NCBI RefSeq assembly: GCF_018977255.1
Contig: NW_024704743.1
Span: forward strand, 75,208,001 to 75,272,000
DNA length: 64,000 nucleotides
DNA from: Callorhinchus milii
Taxonomy: Eukaryota
Direction of reading: 5' to 3'
How positions within the stretch are numbered: the stretch's first letter is position 1; every line of letters starts with the position of its first letter. A program made the translations under genes and the position numbers. Shown here piece by piece: positions 1-12,985 of this stretch. A model generated the notes under the pieces. It saw nothing but the letters and a program-made list of their open reading frames with translations. It was not told the origin of the DNA and searched no databases.

Positions 1-554
1 CCATTCACCCTTCTTCAGGTGCCATTTCTATCTACAATGGGCCCTGCTATATCCATCAGAACATGATTAATTTTGTCAGCCACTTTCTTGTACGCACTCA
101 AGAAGATTTGTTGGTGCCATATTCTCATTTAATGTTTTTAGCCTCTCTGATATTGGAAATATCTATATTCTTAGAACCCAGCATAACCCTGAAAGATTCT
201 ATTTATGATTCAATGACATAGATCTTATGGTGAGACAAGATAACCAGCACTGAAAAATCTTGTTCATTTGTTTAACGAAGGTACTAAACCCATTCCTGAT
301 AAAATTACAACTAAAGTGGAGCAGCAACTCAAGGGTCTGAGCGAATAACAGACACCAAAGCGAGCGCATCTTGGAAAAACGCAAGATAACAGACAAAAGG
401 CAGACAGAAATAACATTTCAAGGCCACCTTGAAGCAAAGACTGCCACAATTGATGTAGTTGGCGGAGTATATAGCATCTGAGACATTGCTTGTAACATGC
501 AGTTATTGCCTGAAAAGGGCTGATAATCCAATGGGGTGCTGGGATGTGTTCCAT

Positions 555-870
555 TGTTGAAGGTGCCGCTCTTTGGATGAGAGGTTAAACCAAGGTCCCG
601 ACTACCTGTCCAGGTGGAAATTAAAGAACCCAGGGACTCTATTTGAAAAGAGAAGGGAGTTTATCCCACTGTCCTGGCCAATAATCCCCAAATAAAATTG
701 GTCATTGACTCCATGGCTGTTTGTGGGACATTGCTGTGTTCAAATTGACTGGTATGTTCACCAATAATTTACACAGTAACTATGCTTAATATGTTATCCT
801 GTGAAGGGCTTTGAGATGTCCTCCTGACATGAAAGGCACTATATCAAACAAAAGGATTCTATTGTTATTA
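555..870 (+). mobile_element. Deu-domain SINE fragment (SacSINE1/AmnSINE-like)
   Basis: GGTGCC..TTTGGATGAGAGGTTAAACCAAGGTCCC..CAGGTGGA..TGTCCTGGCCAATA core followed by the shared L2-like tail. Confidence 0.7.
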
Positions 871-3800
871 TTTCTCCAATAGAATGAAAACAAGAAGCCA
901 AATGCCCTTGAGGAGAGGAGCGAAAATTGCCAAGATGATGAAAAAAAAGTCTTATGAAAAGTGTGGAATAGCAATACAATAGCTGGGGCAAAAAGAGAAC
1001 CAGCGAAAGCAACATCAACCAGCTCAGGCCAGAGCCGGCAATACCATATCTGCTGATGGGCAAGTGGGAAAAATGTACTTCCTACACAGGGCTCTGGAGT
1101 CGTGTGTGAACCTACCAAATAAAAGAACTCACCTTCTCAGTTGTTTTCCAAAATAAAGAAGTCACCAGTTTATATCACCTGCTAGAGTAAAGAGTTTTTG
1201 TGGTCAAAATAACAACACCTAAAGTGCTAATTATCACATCACAGAGTACTCTGGTGCCTGTTGATGTCTGACAATAGGTGTGACACCTCCCTCATATTTG
1301 CCATTGGGCCTGGCAGCCCGCAGAGCATGGTATACCAGCAACAGCAACAACAAGTTGCATTTATATTGCACCCCTCACACATGCTAGTGTCCCACAGTGC
1401 TTTGTGCCAATTAGTGGATTACTGGTTTAACAAAAAAAACTAAAAACTAAGGTCAGATATTGACAAGAAGGAAGATTTTAGATATGTTAATTATCACCAG
1501 GGATAATTGTCACTCCTTCATTTCCACTCCACCACCCCCACTCTCCAAAAATGACTACTTTACACTTGTCAACATTAAACTGCATCTGCCGCTTCTCTGC
1601 CCACTCTATGCTCTCCTGCCATTTCTTGAATTCTTCATCGCAATCTGCCAAGCAGTGTCCTCCTCACCCCACCCTTATTCCACCTAAATTGATATCAGCA
1701 GCATATTTGGAACCACTGATAAGTTTGCTTTTCTCGTACAAGTTCAAATTATTCTTATTATTCTCAGCCTACAAAGTACACAATCAATCCACTTTACAGT
1801 ATATTCTGTGAAGCGCTTTGAGACGTCATGACATGATAAGGTGCTATATCAAATGCAAGGATTATTATTATCATTAGTTGTGTGTTTTTTTTAAAAAAAA
1901 GCAGCTGCCACGCTCTTCCCTCTACCTCAGTCATCATCTCCCATCATTTCTGTTCAATCACTCTTAGCTTTCAGCCCCAGGGTGACTGTCAGGTAGCACA
2001 CCTACATTACCTGACTACAAGTACCAATTTATCCCTAAGGTGCACCACTCCACTGAGCAACGATTGGAGGAATACTGATGGAACTCATTATCACACATTG
2101 GGCTGAAAATAATAGCCAAAAGGTCTGAATCAAAGCTAACCACTCGAACTTGCTTCACGAACACAAAGGATCAATTTTTACAATTGTCAAGCAAATGACT
2201 AAGTGGAGGGTCCCAGAGCGAGGTGGACAAAGGGGGTGGGTGGGTGGGTGGATGGAGGAAAAAAAGAACCAGTGAGAATAACCAATAAGTCCACCCGTTT
2301 AATCATAATCTAAATCTCATCAAATTCAACAAGCGGCAAGGCTGGATTTAAAGGGCGAGATGAATGAGAGCTTGATGCAGAAATAAAAGTGGTTGTCAAT
2401 CTTTAGCACAAGTGGGTAATCAGGCAATTTCAAGGAGTTAGTTGGTCAGAAGTGCCAACATTTAGGAATAAATCAGATGTGCTTCATTCACCCCAATGCA
2501 ACAGCCAACCTCTCAGCCCTGCCACTGCATAGCTCTGTATTTTCTATGATAACGCTTTCTGAAGCCTACCTTTGCTGCAGCTCCTTTATGCAATTCAAGC
2601 TCTCCTCGACAATCCAACCGTATGTTAGTTACAACAGGGTCTGCATGCAGACTGTCAAGGGAAACACGTTACTGAAATACACCGGGTTTCATATCTCCCG
2701 ACACCCGAGATAACCTTTCTCCTACCTGCCAAGGGGAACAACTGGGTTGGTTTAGAGGCTTACCTGGGTGCAGGATGCTTGAGATAATTCAAGTGCGCCT
2801 ACATCCTTGCGGCTCATTGTCATCCCCTGGTTCGGTTGTCCGCTGCATGGAAAAAGAAAGTTGCGGAAAGGAAAGACTTAAGATCACACATTTGCACTGG
2901 GTTCGTCCTTCAGCGCTGCTTGCACATCTGCATCCAGATGTGAATAGCAGAGAGATGCGGAGCAAGTGGGTGAGCAGATGACAGACACACACACACACAC
3001 AGGTAGATGCAGATGGGCAAATTCAGGGCTGGAATGAAATGACACCCGATGGACAGGCGATAGGCTCATTCTGCGGTCAATGGACTTGGCCAAACGAGTC
3101 AATTTCTCAACGTTTGATCCAGTGCTCTCTTTTTTTTCCCCCCTCCATTCAAAAACAATTCTCAGAAGGACAGACAGACAGACGATGCATTGCTTAGTTT
3201 AGGAGAAAACGTGTGTGTGTGTGTGTGTGAAAAAAAAACTCTGCTGTCTTTTGTATCAAATGATATACGTGGCGTTTGATGCAAAAGTTGTTGTCCATTG
3301 CATTGTGCAATGCGGGGCTGGACTGAGAGAGAAGGTCCTACCTGACTGGAGGTGCTCCTCAGAGCTCAGTGTGAAGGCAGTGTGAGTGCTCTGCTCTGCT
3401 CCCCCTGATCACTCTGCACCAGACAGGCCAATGGCACCCGCTGCCTGGCATCTGTCACATGACGGCAGCGGCCAATCTCCATAATGTTTTGCGCAGTGCC
3501 GAGCGGAGCCCTCCGGGGAACAGCTTTAAGCAGCTCCAGTCTGTCAGAGTCAGACACAATAGGGAGAAGCTCCAGACTGGGGGCTGTCTGGCTGCTGCCT
3601 CTCTGTCTGGGGGGTGTGTGGGTGGGGGGGGGAATCATATGCATTCACTGCCTCTCCCCGAGTCCAGCCAGGGCTGGGGCGGGGGGGCTGGGGCGGGGGG
3701 GGGGGGGGGGGGTCTCTGTGCAATTGCACAGCACCAGACCCCACAGCACAGCTCCACAACTTTCACATCCCACTGTGTTGTCGGACTGTGGGGGAGTGAA

Positions 3801-4047
3801 CAGCAACAGAATACAAATGAGCCCGAGCTGTCGCAGCAGAGAGGAAGATGGTCCTCTCTCTCTCTGTCTCTCTCTCTCTCTCTCTCCCCGTATTATAGTG
3901 CAAGAATTGCTCGATGGAATTCTTCGATTGAGGCGAACACGAGGACAGATAATCGCATTATTCTGTAGATTTTTTTGCAAAAAACAGAAATGAGCAAATA
4001 TTGGATCTTTTCAATCTTGCAATTCGTGAATGAATGCACCGCTTTAC

Positions 4048-4049
<2 letters not shown>

Positions 4050-4090
<41 letters not shown>
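4050..4090 (+). repeat. (CA)n(TA)n microsatellite
   Basis: Visible directly. Other simple repeats lie at about 2985-3000, 3211-3229 and 3854-3886. Confidence 0.9.
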
Positions 4091-4614
4091 TATTCTCCAG
4101 TCCTGTTGCATTTAATTAAATGGAGAGACAGCCCTTGAGATGTGAAAATGAATAACCATATAATCGATTAAAGGAAGTAGAGAAACCCTCAGCCCCATCG
4201 CCAGGATCAGAAAGGAATGTCCATTTAATCCATTGTCGCAAACATTGTTCAACCACCTGTTTCTACTGTGGCTGTGATGACCATTCCCCTATTCGTGGCT
4301 ATAGAATTGGTTCAGAAAGGGTTGAGGAATCATCTCCGCTATTTTCCTCCCACAGGTTTATATAAGTGCTTTCTAAGACCTGAAGTCTCATTGGTTTCAG
4401 GTCAGGGCTGCAGTGCTCTCTGCTGGGCATACAGACCCTGCAATACTCAGGGAGCAACACGTTGTAGATTCGCCCAAACGTCTGAGTGTTTTAATTACTC
4501 ATCAACAGAGCCATTCAGACTAATTTGGTGTTGTAATTACCCATCAGAAGACTCATCGGATGAAGAAGCATTTCATTCCGGCTTTATAATTTTCTTCGGT
4601 TCAGCGCCAACAAG

Positions 4615-5358
4615 ACCGATGCTCTCCCTATTGGCTCCTGTCAGCGCCTCCTCACCTCGGGCGCTGACAGTATCGCCATCCATGGCTGCACACTCCGCCT
4701 TGCTAAGCCAGTCCGCAACCTTGGGATCTTTTTTGACACTCAACTATCCTTTCTACCCCACATCCGTGTCCTGACCTGCTCTGCCTTCCCCACCTCCGCA
4801 ACGTCGCCCGGCTCCAACACTGTCTCACACCGCAGGCCGCCAAAACTCTCATACACGCTTTCATTATATCGAGGCTCGACTATGCAAACTCATTGCTTGC
4901 CGGCCTTCCCAACTCCTCCCTCCATAGGCTGCAGATCATCCAGAACTCTGCAGCCCATGGCCTCTCCCGCACGAGGCTCCATGACCCTATCACCCCCATC
5001 CTCACTCGACTCCACTGGCTTCCCATCACACAGAGGATATAGTTCAAGATCCTGTTCCTCATCTTCAAAGCCCTCCATGGTCTTGCTCCCCCCTACCTCT
5101 GCGACCTCCTAACGCCCTACCATCCTGCTCGCTCCCTCCACTCAGTGGGCTCCAGCCTGCTTCACGTCCCCCGCCTCGCTCGCCCCACTATTGGCGGGTG
5201 GGCTCTCTGCCACTCTGCCCCCATCCTCTGAAACTCCATTCCGCAGTCCCTCTGTCTTGCCCCCTCCCTTGCTTCCTTAAAGACCCTCCTCTTTGACCAT
5301 GCTTGGGATGTCCTCCCGACGTGAAAGGCGTTTTACAAATGTAATTTTGTTGTTGTTG
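4615..5358 (+). mobile_element. L2-type LINE 3' fragment
   Basis: SRLDYANSLLAGLP..LQIIQNSAA..LHWLPI motifs and a (TTG)n tail. Confidence 0.85.
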
Positions 5359-5361
5359 TAT

Positions 5362-5960
5362 AAGAGAGTATAAAAGAGAAGAGGTGATGTTGAATTTATA
5401 CAAAACCTTGATTAGACCACAGTTGAAGTATTGTCTCCAATTCTGGTCTCCACACTACAAAATGGATACAGCAGTGATGGAAATAGTACAATGTAAGTTT
5501 ACAAAAATGATACCAGAGCTGACAGGTTACCTCTATCAGGATAGACTTGATAGGTTAGGCCTTTTATCGCTAGAGATTAGATGTTTATGCGGGGAGTTAA
5601 TAGAAATGTTTAAAATTATAAAAAGGTTTGATGATAAGGTTAATATCAATAGGTTTCCACTGGTTGGGGAGTCTGTAACAAGGGGGACACAAATATAAGA
5701 TAGTGATAGGGATCTGAAGAGAATTTAGGAGAAACTACTTCACTCAGAAGGTAGTGAGATTGTGGAACTCACTGCCTGAAGTGATGGTTGAATCAGATAG
5801 TATAGATGCATTCAAGAGGAATCTAGATATACATATGAAGATGAGGAGAAGGGTATGGGAGGCAATAAGGAATGGGTGGAGAACCAGGTAGAGTTTAAAC
5901 ACTAGCACGGAATAGTTGGGGTGAGTAATTTGTTTCTATTCTGTACATTCTTTGTAAATC
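5362..5960 (+). mobile_element. CR1-type LINE 3' fragment
   Basis: YKTLIRPQLKYCLQFWSPHYK..VQCKFTKMIPEL is typical CR1 ORF2 C-terminus. Weaker copies at about 6220-6580 and 7880-8200. Confidence 0.85.
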
Positions 5961-8900
5961 TGTTTTTCTTCTCATTCTTTCATAGAGAGGATTTCAATCT
6001 TATCTTTATAATCTGCTCACTCATAGAGTAGCCCCTGAATTTCTCTCTCTTTCTCTCCATCACACACACACATACACACATTCACGTGGATTGAATATTG
6101 AAGGCATTAAACCGGTGACAAAACAGAAAAGTTGAGTGATAGCAATAATTCATTTCCTGTCCTGCAAGTACAGAGCGTTCCGGAAATGGTGCATAAACTG
6201 GTGTCCAGCAATCTCCAGATACCATTTAGAATAGTGTGGCAGTTCTGGTCACCTTACTACAGGAAGGATACTGCAGCATTGGTGAGAGTAGGGTAGATTT
6301 ACAGGAATATTACCACAGATGAGAGGATATAGTTATCAAGAAAGATTGGATTGGTTGGAGCTTTTCTCTCTGGAGATGAGATAATGAGAGGAAACATGAT
6401 AGAAGGTTTGCTTTTTCAACTTGTTAGTGAGTCTAAAACAAGGTAGCATAAATATGATAGCCACTGCTAGATCTGAAAGAGAGTTTAGGAGGAACATCTT
6501 TACACAGAGGGTAGTGAGAGAGAGGAATTCATTGCTGCAATCTGTGGTTGAAGCAAAAAAAATCAGTATTTAAGAGGAAATGCCTTTCAAGTAGCATAAT
6601 GTCTCAGAGCGCTTTACAAAGACAGGATCGGATACCAAGCAAGGGGAATGTCACCATAGGCGTAATTCAAGAGGTAGGTTTTAAGATGGAACTTAAGGAC
6701 AGGCAGAGACATCTATATTCGGTAGTAAAAATTGATGGATAAATTGATACAGAAAGTTCAGTCACTGAAAAAGGGTAAATACCCTCATGTGGCATGAAAT
6801 GAAATGTGAAAGGTTACAGACCTCACTGCTGATCTGTACTGAGATAGCTGATCTCTGCAGGTAGTGCCCGGGTGGGCGTGGGGGAGGGGGCTGGAATCAG
6901 GACAAGCTCAGTTCTAAATCAGATTTAGTGAGTGGTTATTAATATGAATTCTTATTTGAATTACTTGTACTTTAAGCTGTTTACAAGGGGTTCAGAATAA
7001 ATGTCAGTCTTGATAAATGTTGTCTGTTCAACAGTATATACCACCTCCATTGGATGCACAGTATGCATAGGATATGTGTATTGCAATGTGACTATTCATA
7101 CCCTTGCAGTAGCCTGAATATCATGTCAAAAGCTGTAATGCATATATAGTACTTCATTATGCCATTAGCAAAATATGCAATATTCATAAACACAGGTAAC
7201 AGGGAAGATTTGTGGTTAAGAAAGAAGATGTAATTAAGCATCCACAAGCAAGATAAACCTACTGTTACAAACCAAACTGGGACACCACTATAACTGCCTG
7301 TGTGCAGATTAAGAGAAAGCATTGATATATACCATGAATCCTGCAGAGTGAAATTAAATGTCCTAACTGATTTCTGCTAGAGTTCCATAAATATAATTAG
7401 CAGTCTCACCATAGTACAGCCTAGGCACATCATAGTACATCATCATTAATTTGGACCCCTTACCCCTTTTTAATTTATCTTGACGTCTCAAAAGCCTTCA
7501 TAGTATTCTGTAAAGTGTAGTGAGTGTTCGTTTTGTAGGCAAATACACAGCCAATTTGCCCACAGCAACGTCCCAGAAACAACTAAGAAGTGAATGACGC
7601 ATTTGTCTACAAATCACACAGATTACAAATTACAAAGCTTTCCTGTGAAAAGCTTTGAGGCATGCTCCTGACATGAAAGGTGCTACATCAAAGGTAAAGA
7701 TTAGCAGCAAATTAGGGAGTATGGTAAACAGTGTGGACAAAGGCAGAATTCACAACAATAGGTTTTAGCTTCTTTTTTCCTGTATTGCTAGTCACTGTCA
7801 TAACTACAGTCCAGTCACTGCTTAACTGCCTTCATGGCTATCATGAATATTTTAGCTATGAATGCCTATAATAATGTACACGAGGATGCAGATAGGTTAG
7901 AGGAGTTGGCTGATAAATGCCAATTGGAATTCATTATGGAGAAAACACGTTAAAGAAAGAAAATATAAGTTAACTGGTAATATCAGAAGGGGCAGAGAGA
8001 CATGCATACATCTTTAATGGTGGATGTGCAAGTGAATAAGTCCATAAAAAAGCTAATCCAGGCTTTATATATGTGGTTATTCAATACACGAGCAAGCAGA
8101 CAATATTAAACTTGCACACGACATTGTAGATGGAAGACAACATTCAGTTGTGGCCAACCCCTTATAGAAAGGACATCACAGTCATGGAGAAAATACAGCT
8201 GAACATTGAGAGGAGCCTTTTTAACCTCAGACCACATTAGATCCTGCTAAGTTTGACCATAATTTTAAAATAGTGTCTCCATTATTTAAACCTCCAGCTG
8301 CTCACTCCCTCCCCCACCCATCAGGACTGCCAGCCACTTACCCTCCCACATCAATTCAACTCAATGTGCTCTTAGTGATACTCAGCGTTACCACTGTTCT
8401 GCGTACCCCATGAATGTTATCAGGATCAGGGAGAGTAAGAGCATCAATTTTGCAGGGATCATAGAATGCTGCATGGAATCATGGTAGTGCGAAGAGGGGT
8501 GGGGGGTGGACCATTCTGTAAATCACTCCTGAATTGAACAACGTTTTACCAACTGGGCGATGATTGCAAATGCAAAGCTGTCCTTTGTGGTGCTGATGCT
8601 TGTGGACCAATTACAATGATAATGTTGAAAGCATTAGACTGGCATCTTGAAAGCAATACTAGGACTAATGCTTGGTTATTATAACAAAGACACATTGCAA
8701 TGAGCCTCAGGTGCCAGTCCTTGCTATCTCTGACATCTCAGCTACCAGTCAATCTAGACAACTTACAGGTCAGCCCCGCAGTGTTGAGGCAAGCAGAGCC
8801 ACATATTGGCATTAGTTTCCACATTGCATTATGCACCAGGGTGATAGTGGGACAGTTAAATATATCAAATTGTTACATAGCAATAGAAAGCAGTGAAGTC

Positions 8901-9814
8901 AGGACAAAGAGGAAAAAAACTTTAACTAACCTCAAATATTGCCATTATTTATTATGATAAAATGTAACATATTGTTATGTCTCATTGTTCACAGAAACAC
9001 AGGTTACGTGGGCCACGGGAAGAATTGAATAAACATTGTGTAACTAACGGTCAGGGATGGCACAGTGACATTGCACCCAGGCACTGACCTCAGTTGGTAT
9101 GCTGCATGTCAAAGATGGATTCATGGCCTGTCAATTGCCTTCAACATACCTGGGTGAAGGGTTACAGGCATTGTGGATTCCAAGATTCCCCCAGAAACTG
9201 GGGAAGTCCTGGGTTGTTGGAGTTCCTCGTGTTGGCTGTGTTCTGCAGTGTAATGGCCCTGTGTGATTGGATATCCACTGCACCATGGCTTCTAATGGTA
9301 TTACTGGGCAGCACAGCATCAGTGCATTCATCTGGCAACAATTCATTGCCGCTCAAATTGAAATATGTTTAAATAAATTACGGGGAATAATACAATATGT
9401 GATGTTATCCCCCAGTGATATTATCACAGTGACAAAACAGTTAGTCAGAAGGAATGGAGAGTAAGTACACTATTAACATGGAGGGGACTCACCCAAACCA
9501 ACACTAAGTACTGAATGCTGTTGACCACATCTCGATTGATGTGATATCACATAACAGTTTCTGCTTCTTCAGGGATTCTTCTCTTCAATCAGCTCTTTCA
9601 CTTGCTGTAAGAACTATCTACACACTATTGTCTATACTATATATAGCAATTGCTTACATAGTAGTACAGCATATTCTTGTACATAGCATTTGTGCTCATC
9701 CTGTTTCTTATAAGTCTGTAACAGCAATATTTTCATTCTCCAAAAGAGACTGAGAACCGAGCAATAGATTATGTGATAACATACTAATTCAAATTATTTC
9801 GGACAGGCAGGCTA

Positions 9815-10408
9815 CAACAACAACAACAAAATTACATTTATAGAGCGCCTTTCACATTAGGAGGACGTCCCAAAGCACTGAACAGTCAGATGTTGGAGCC
9901 TGAGCATGGGGGAGGGGTGGTGTAGGGGTGAGGGAAGGCAGAGAGCTGGGAGGACGACCAAAGGCACGATCGAAGAGAAGGGTCTTGAGACCGGCCTTGA
10001 AGGAGGCAAGGGAGGAAGTGAGGCGAAGGGACCATGGGATGCAGTTCCAGAGTGTGGGAGCAGAGAGGCTGAAAGCCCGGCCACCGATGGTAGGGCGGGT
10101 CGGGCGGGAGACATGGTGCAGGCCGGAGCCCGCTGAATGGAGGGAGCGGGCAGGTTGGTAGGGAGTCGGCAGGTCAGAGAGGTAGGAGGGGGCAAGTCCA
10201 TGGATGGCCTTGAAAGTGAGGACGAGGATCTTGAACTTGATCCTCTGGGGAATGGGGAGCCAGTGGAGTCGGGCGAGGGTGGGAATGATGGGGTCACGGA
10301 GCCTGGTGCGTGAAAGTACACGAGCTGCAGAGTTTTGGATGATCTGCAGCTTGTGAAGGGAAGAGTTGGGAAGGCCGATGAGGAGGGAGTTCTCGTAATC
10401 GAGCCTTG
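9815..10408 (-). mobile_element. L2-type LINE 3' fragment
   Basis: ORF 9852-10478 [29 protein letters not shown], with a (CAA)n tail on the plus strand. Confidence 0.88.
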
Positions 10409-11949
10409 ATTTGACAGATATAAATAAGAGTACTACAGAGTTACAGTTCATAGGAGTTGAGCATCTCGTTACATGCACATCATTAATCTAGAAACGTTCT
10501 GAAAGACCTTTTGAGTTGTAACACAGACTCTGAATATATAGAAGGATTTGTAAAATACGTATTCACTGAACAAGACATCTTAAATTTTATCTGAAGAGTG
10601 AATTAATGATTACTGTGGGGTGTAAATTCTTTCCTTATCGCACATCTTATGTCTTTGTTGTATGCTATATCATGTTGGTAGATGACCTCAGACACTTGGT
10701 GAAACGTTACTCCCTGAAATTGGACTCATTAAAATTGCAATAATAATTGTAATATACCAACTCGTTTAATTGCCCCCATTGTTAGCTTCAGTCAAGTGTG
10801 ATCTAGCTCTCAGACAGTTCTGATCACCTGGCTCTGCGAGGAAGTTTTGACTCTTCTTTACCTCAAATTCTATATTGATATCCTTGGGTGAGAAACGTTA
10901 ACAAAGATCGGAGTTTCAAATTCCTCCAGAATTAGCTTTGTTTCAATTGCCAATTACCACATGAATGAGCAGTGAATGAACATGATCTGCAGTTACTGAG
11001 AGTTGACAAGAAGCTAACACTAACTACATTGTGCTCTCATAAGTTCTTCTGTGACCACTTCTGTTTCTAATGTGCAAACACTTCATATTTGAGAATATTT
11101 CAATCCCCTATCAGAGCTTTCAAAATAACCTCACGCAGCCACAATTCTATTAAGGTACATAAAACAAAATAACTAATTTAGTCCAGACATTTCTGTTAAT
11201 CACACAATCAGCAAGTACAACTGAAGGTGTCAGACTGGCTCAGTTGCCAGCACTCTCACCTATGAGTCAGAAGCATGTGGATTTAAGCCCCACGTCAGGA
11301 CTTTGAATTAATTTAATTTAGACTGACACTTCCGTCAGCAGTGTACTACACTGTTGGAGATGCCACTTTATTCACAGTGAAGTGACTGTATCTTTTATAA
11401 GCAAATGTGTCAGCCAATTTGCGCACAACAGTGTCCCACAAACAGCCCTGAAGTTAATGATCAATTTTATCTGGGGGATTGTTGGCCAAGACACTGGGAG
11501 AAACTCCCTTCTCTCTTTGAACAGTACCACGGGATCTTTAACATCCTCCTAAACTGGCAGACAGGACCTCAGTTTAACATCTCTTCTGAAGGTTTAAATT
11601 CTCATCTTCATTGGAATGCTCCCCTAGACCAGGGTGGTCCAACCTTTTGACAGCTGAGGACCAAATGCCGGATTTGAGAGTCATCGCATAAGCAATATTT
11701 TTGTGTTTCCCTTCCAGAAACATAACCCGTAGAAATCATATAGAAATGCTTTAAATTGTATAACTGTATTACTTAATTTCACTATATTTTAGTTACATTG
11801 CAAACATTAAATAGGCAATGTAAAAATTCCTACACATTTAAAAGTAATAATACTTCTATCAATCAAGAATAATCATTAAATCCAGAGTAAACAATGAGAG
11901 TGAAAGGAATAATTAAATGAATTGAATGTAATTTGCACAGCGCTTGGGA

Positions 11950-12985
11950 GACATCAAGTCCTGGATGAGAGCTAACTTTCTACAGTTGTATGTCAACAAG
12001 ACCAAGGCCCTCCTGATTGGATTGTCAGCTCTCCTCAAGCACTCTCCCTCAATCCCTCTGCCTTGCCCCCTCTCTCCCCTTTTTCAAGTCCCGCCTAAAA
12101 ACCTTTCTCTTTGACCGCGCTTACGGCCACCTCCAATCCCCGGCTTGGAGTCAGTCTCCGCCACTGTCAAGTGCTCTGAAACACTATCCAGCATGGAGGG
12201 TGCTATATAAGAGCAAGTCTTGTTTGATCCTCAAGTATCCTTTCTAACCCACATCCATGCCATGACCCGCTCTGCCTTCCCCCACCTCTGCAACATTGCC
12301 CGGCTCCACCACCACAGGCCGCAGAAACCCTCATACATGGATTCATAACATCCAAGCTCGACTATGCAAATTCCCTGCTTGTCAACCTCCCCAACTCCTC
12401 CCTCCATAGGCTGCAGATCATCCAGAACTCTGCAGCCCTTGTACTCTACCGCATCACCAGGCTCCGTGACCCTATCACCCCCATCCTCACCCGACTCCAC
12501 TGACTGCCCATCACACAGAGGATACAGTTCAAGATCCTGATTCTCACCTTCAAAGCCCTCAATGGCCTTGCTCCCCCCTACCTCTGCAACTTCCTCAGCC
12601 CCTACCATCCTGCTCGCTCCCTCTACTCAGCAGGCTACGGCGTCGTTCACAACCCCCGCCTCGCCTGCCCCACCATTGGTGGACGGGTCTTCTGCTACCC
12701 ATCCTCTGGAACACCATCCTGCAGTGCCTCCACCTTGCCCCCACCCTTGCATACTTCAAGACATGTCTCAAGACCTTTTCCTTTGACCGTGCCTTTGGTC
12801 ACCCTCCTTCGCCAACTATCCTCCACTCTCCCCGATCCGAATGCCCAGTTCGCGTCCGAAACACTGACTGTCCAGCTCCTTGCGACATCCTCCTGACGTA
12901 AAAGGCTCTATACAAATATAATTTTGTTGTTGTTATTTTGTTGTTGTTGTCCTCCCGACGTGAAAGACGCTATATAATTGTAATT
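11950..12985 (+). mobile_element. Cluster of L2 fragments
   Basis: Same L2 ORF2 and 3' UTR sequence, with (TTG)n tails. Confidence 0.8.

Noticed and set aside
10862..11146. Exon-like segment on the minus strand with an acceptor and GAG|gtaaag
   Set aside because: Stops occur in all three frames and no protein similarity was recognised.
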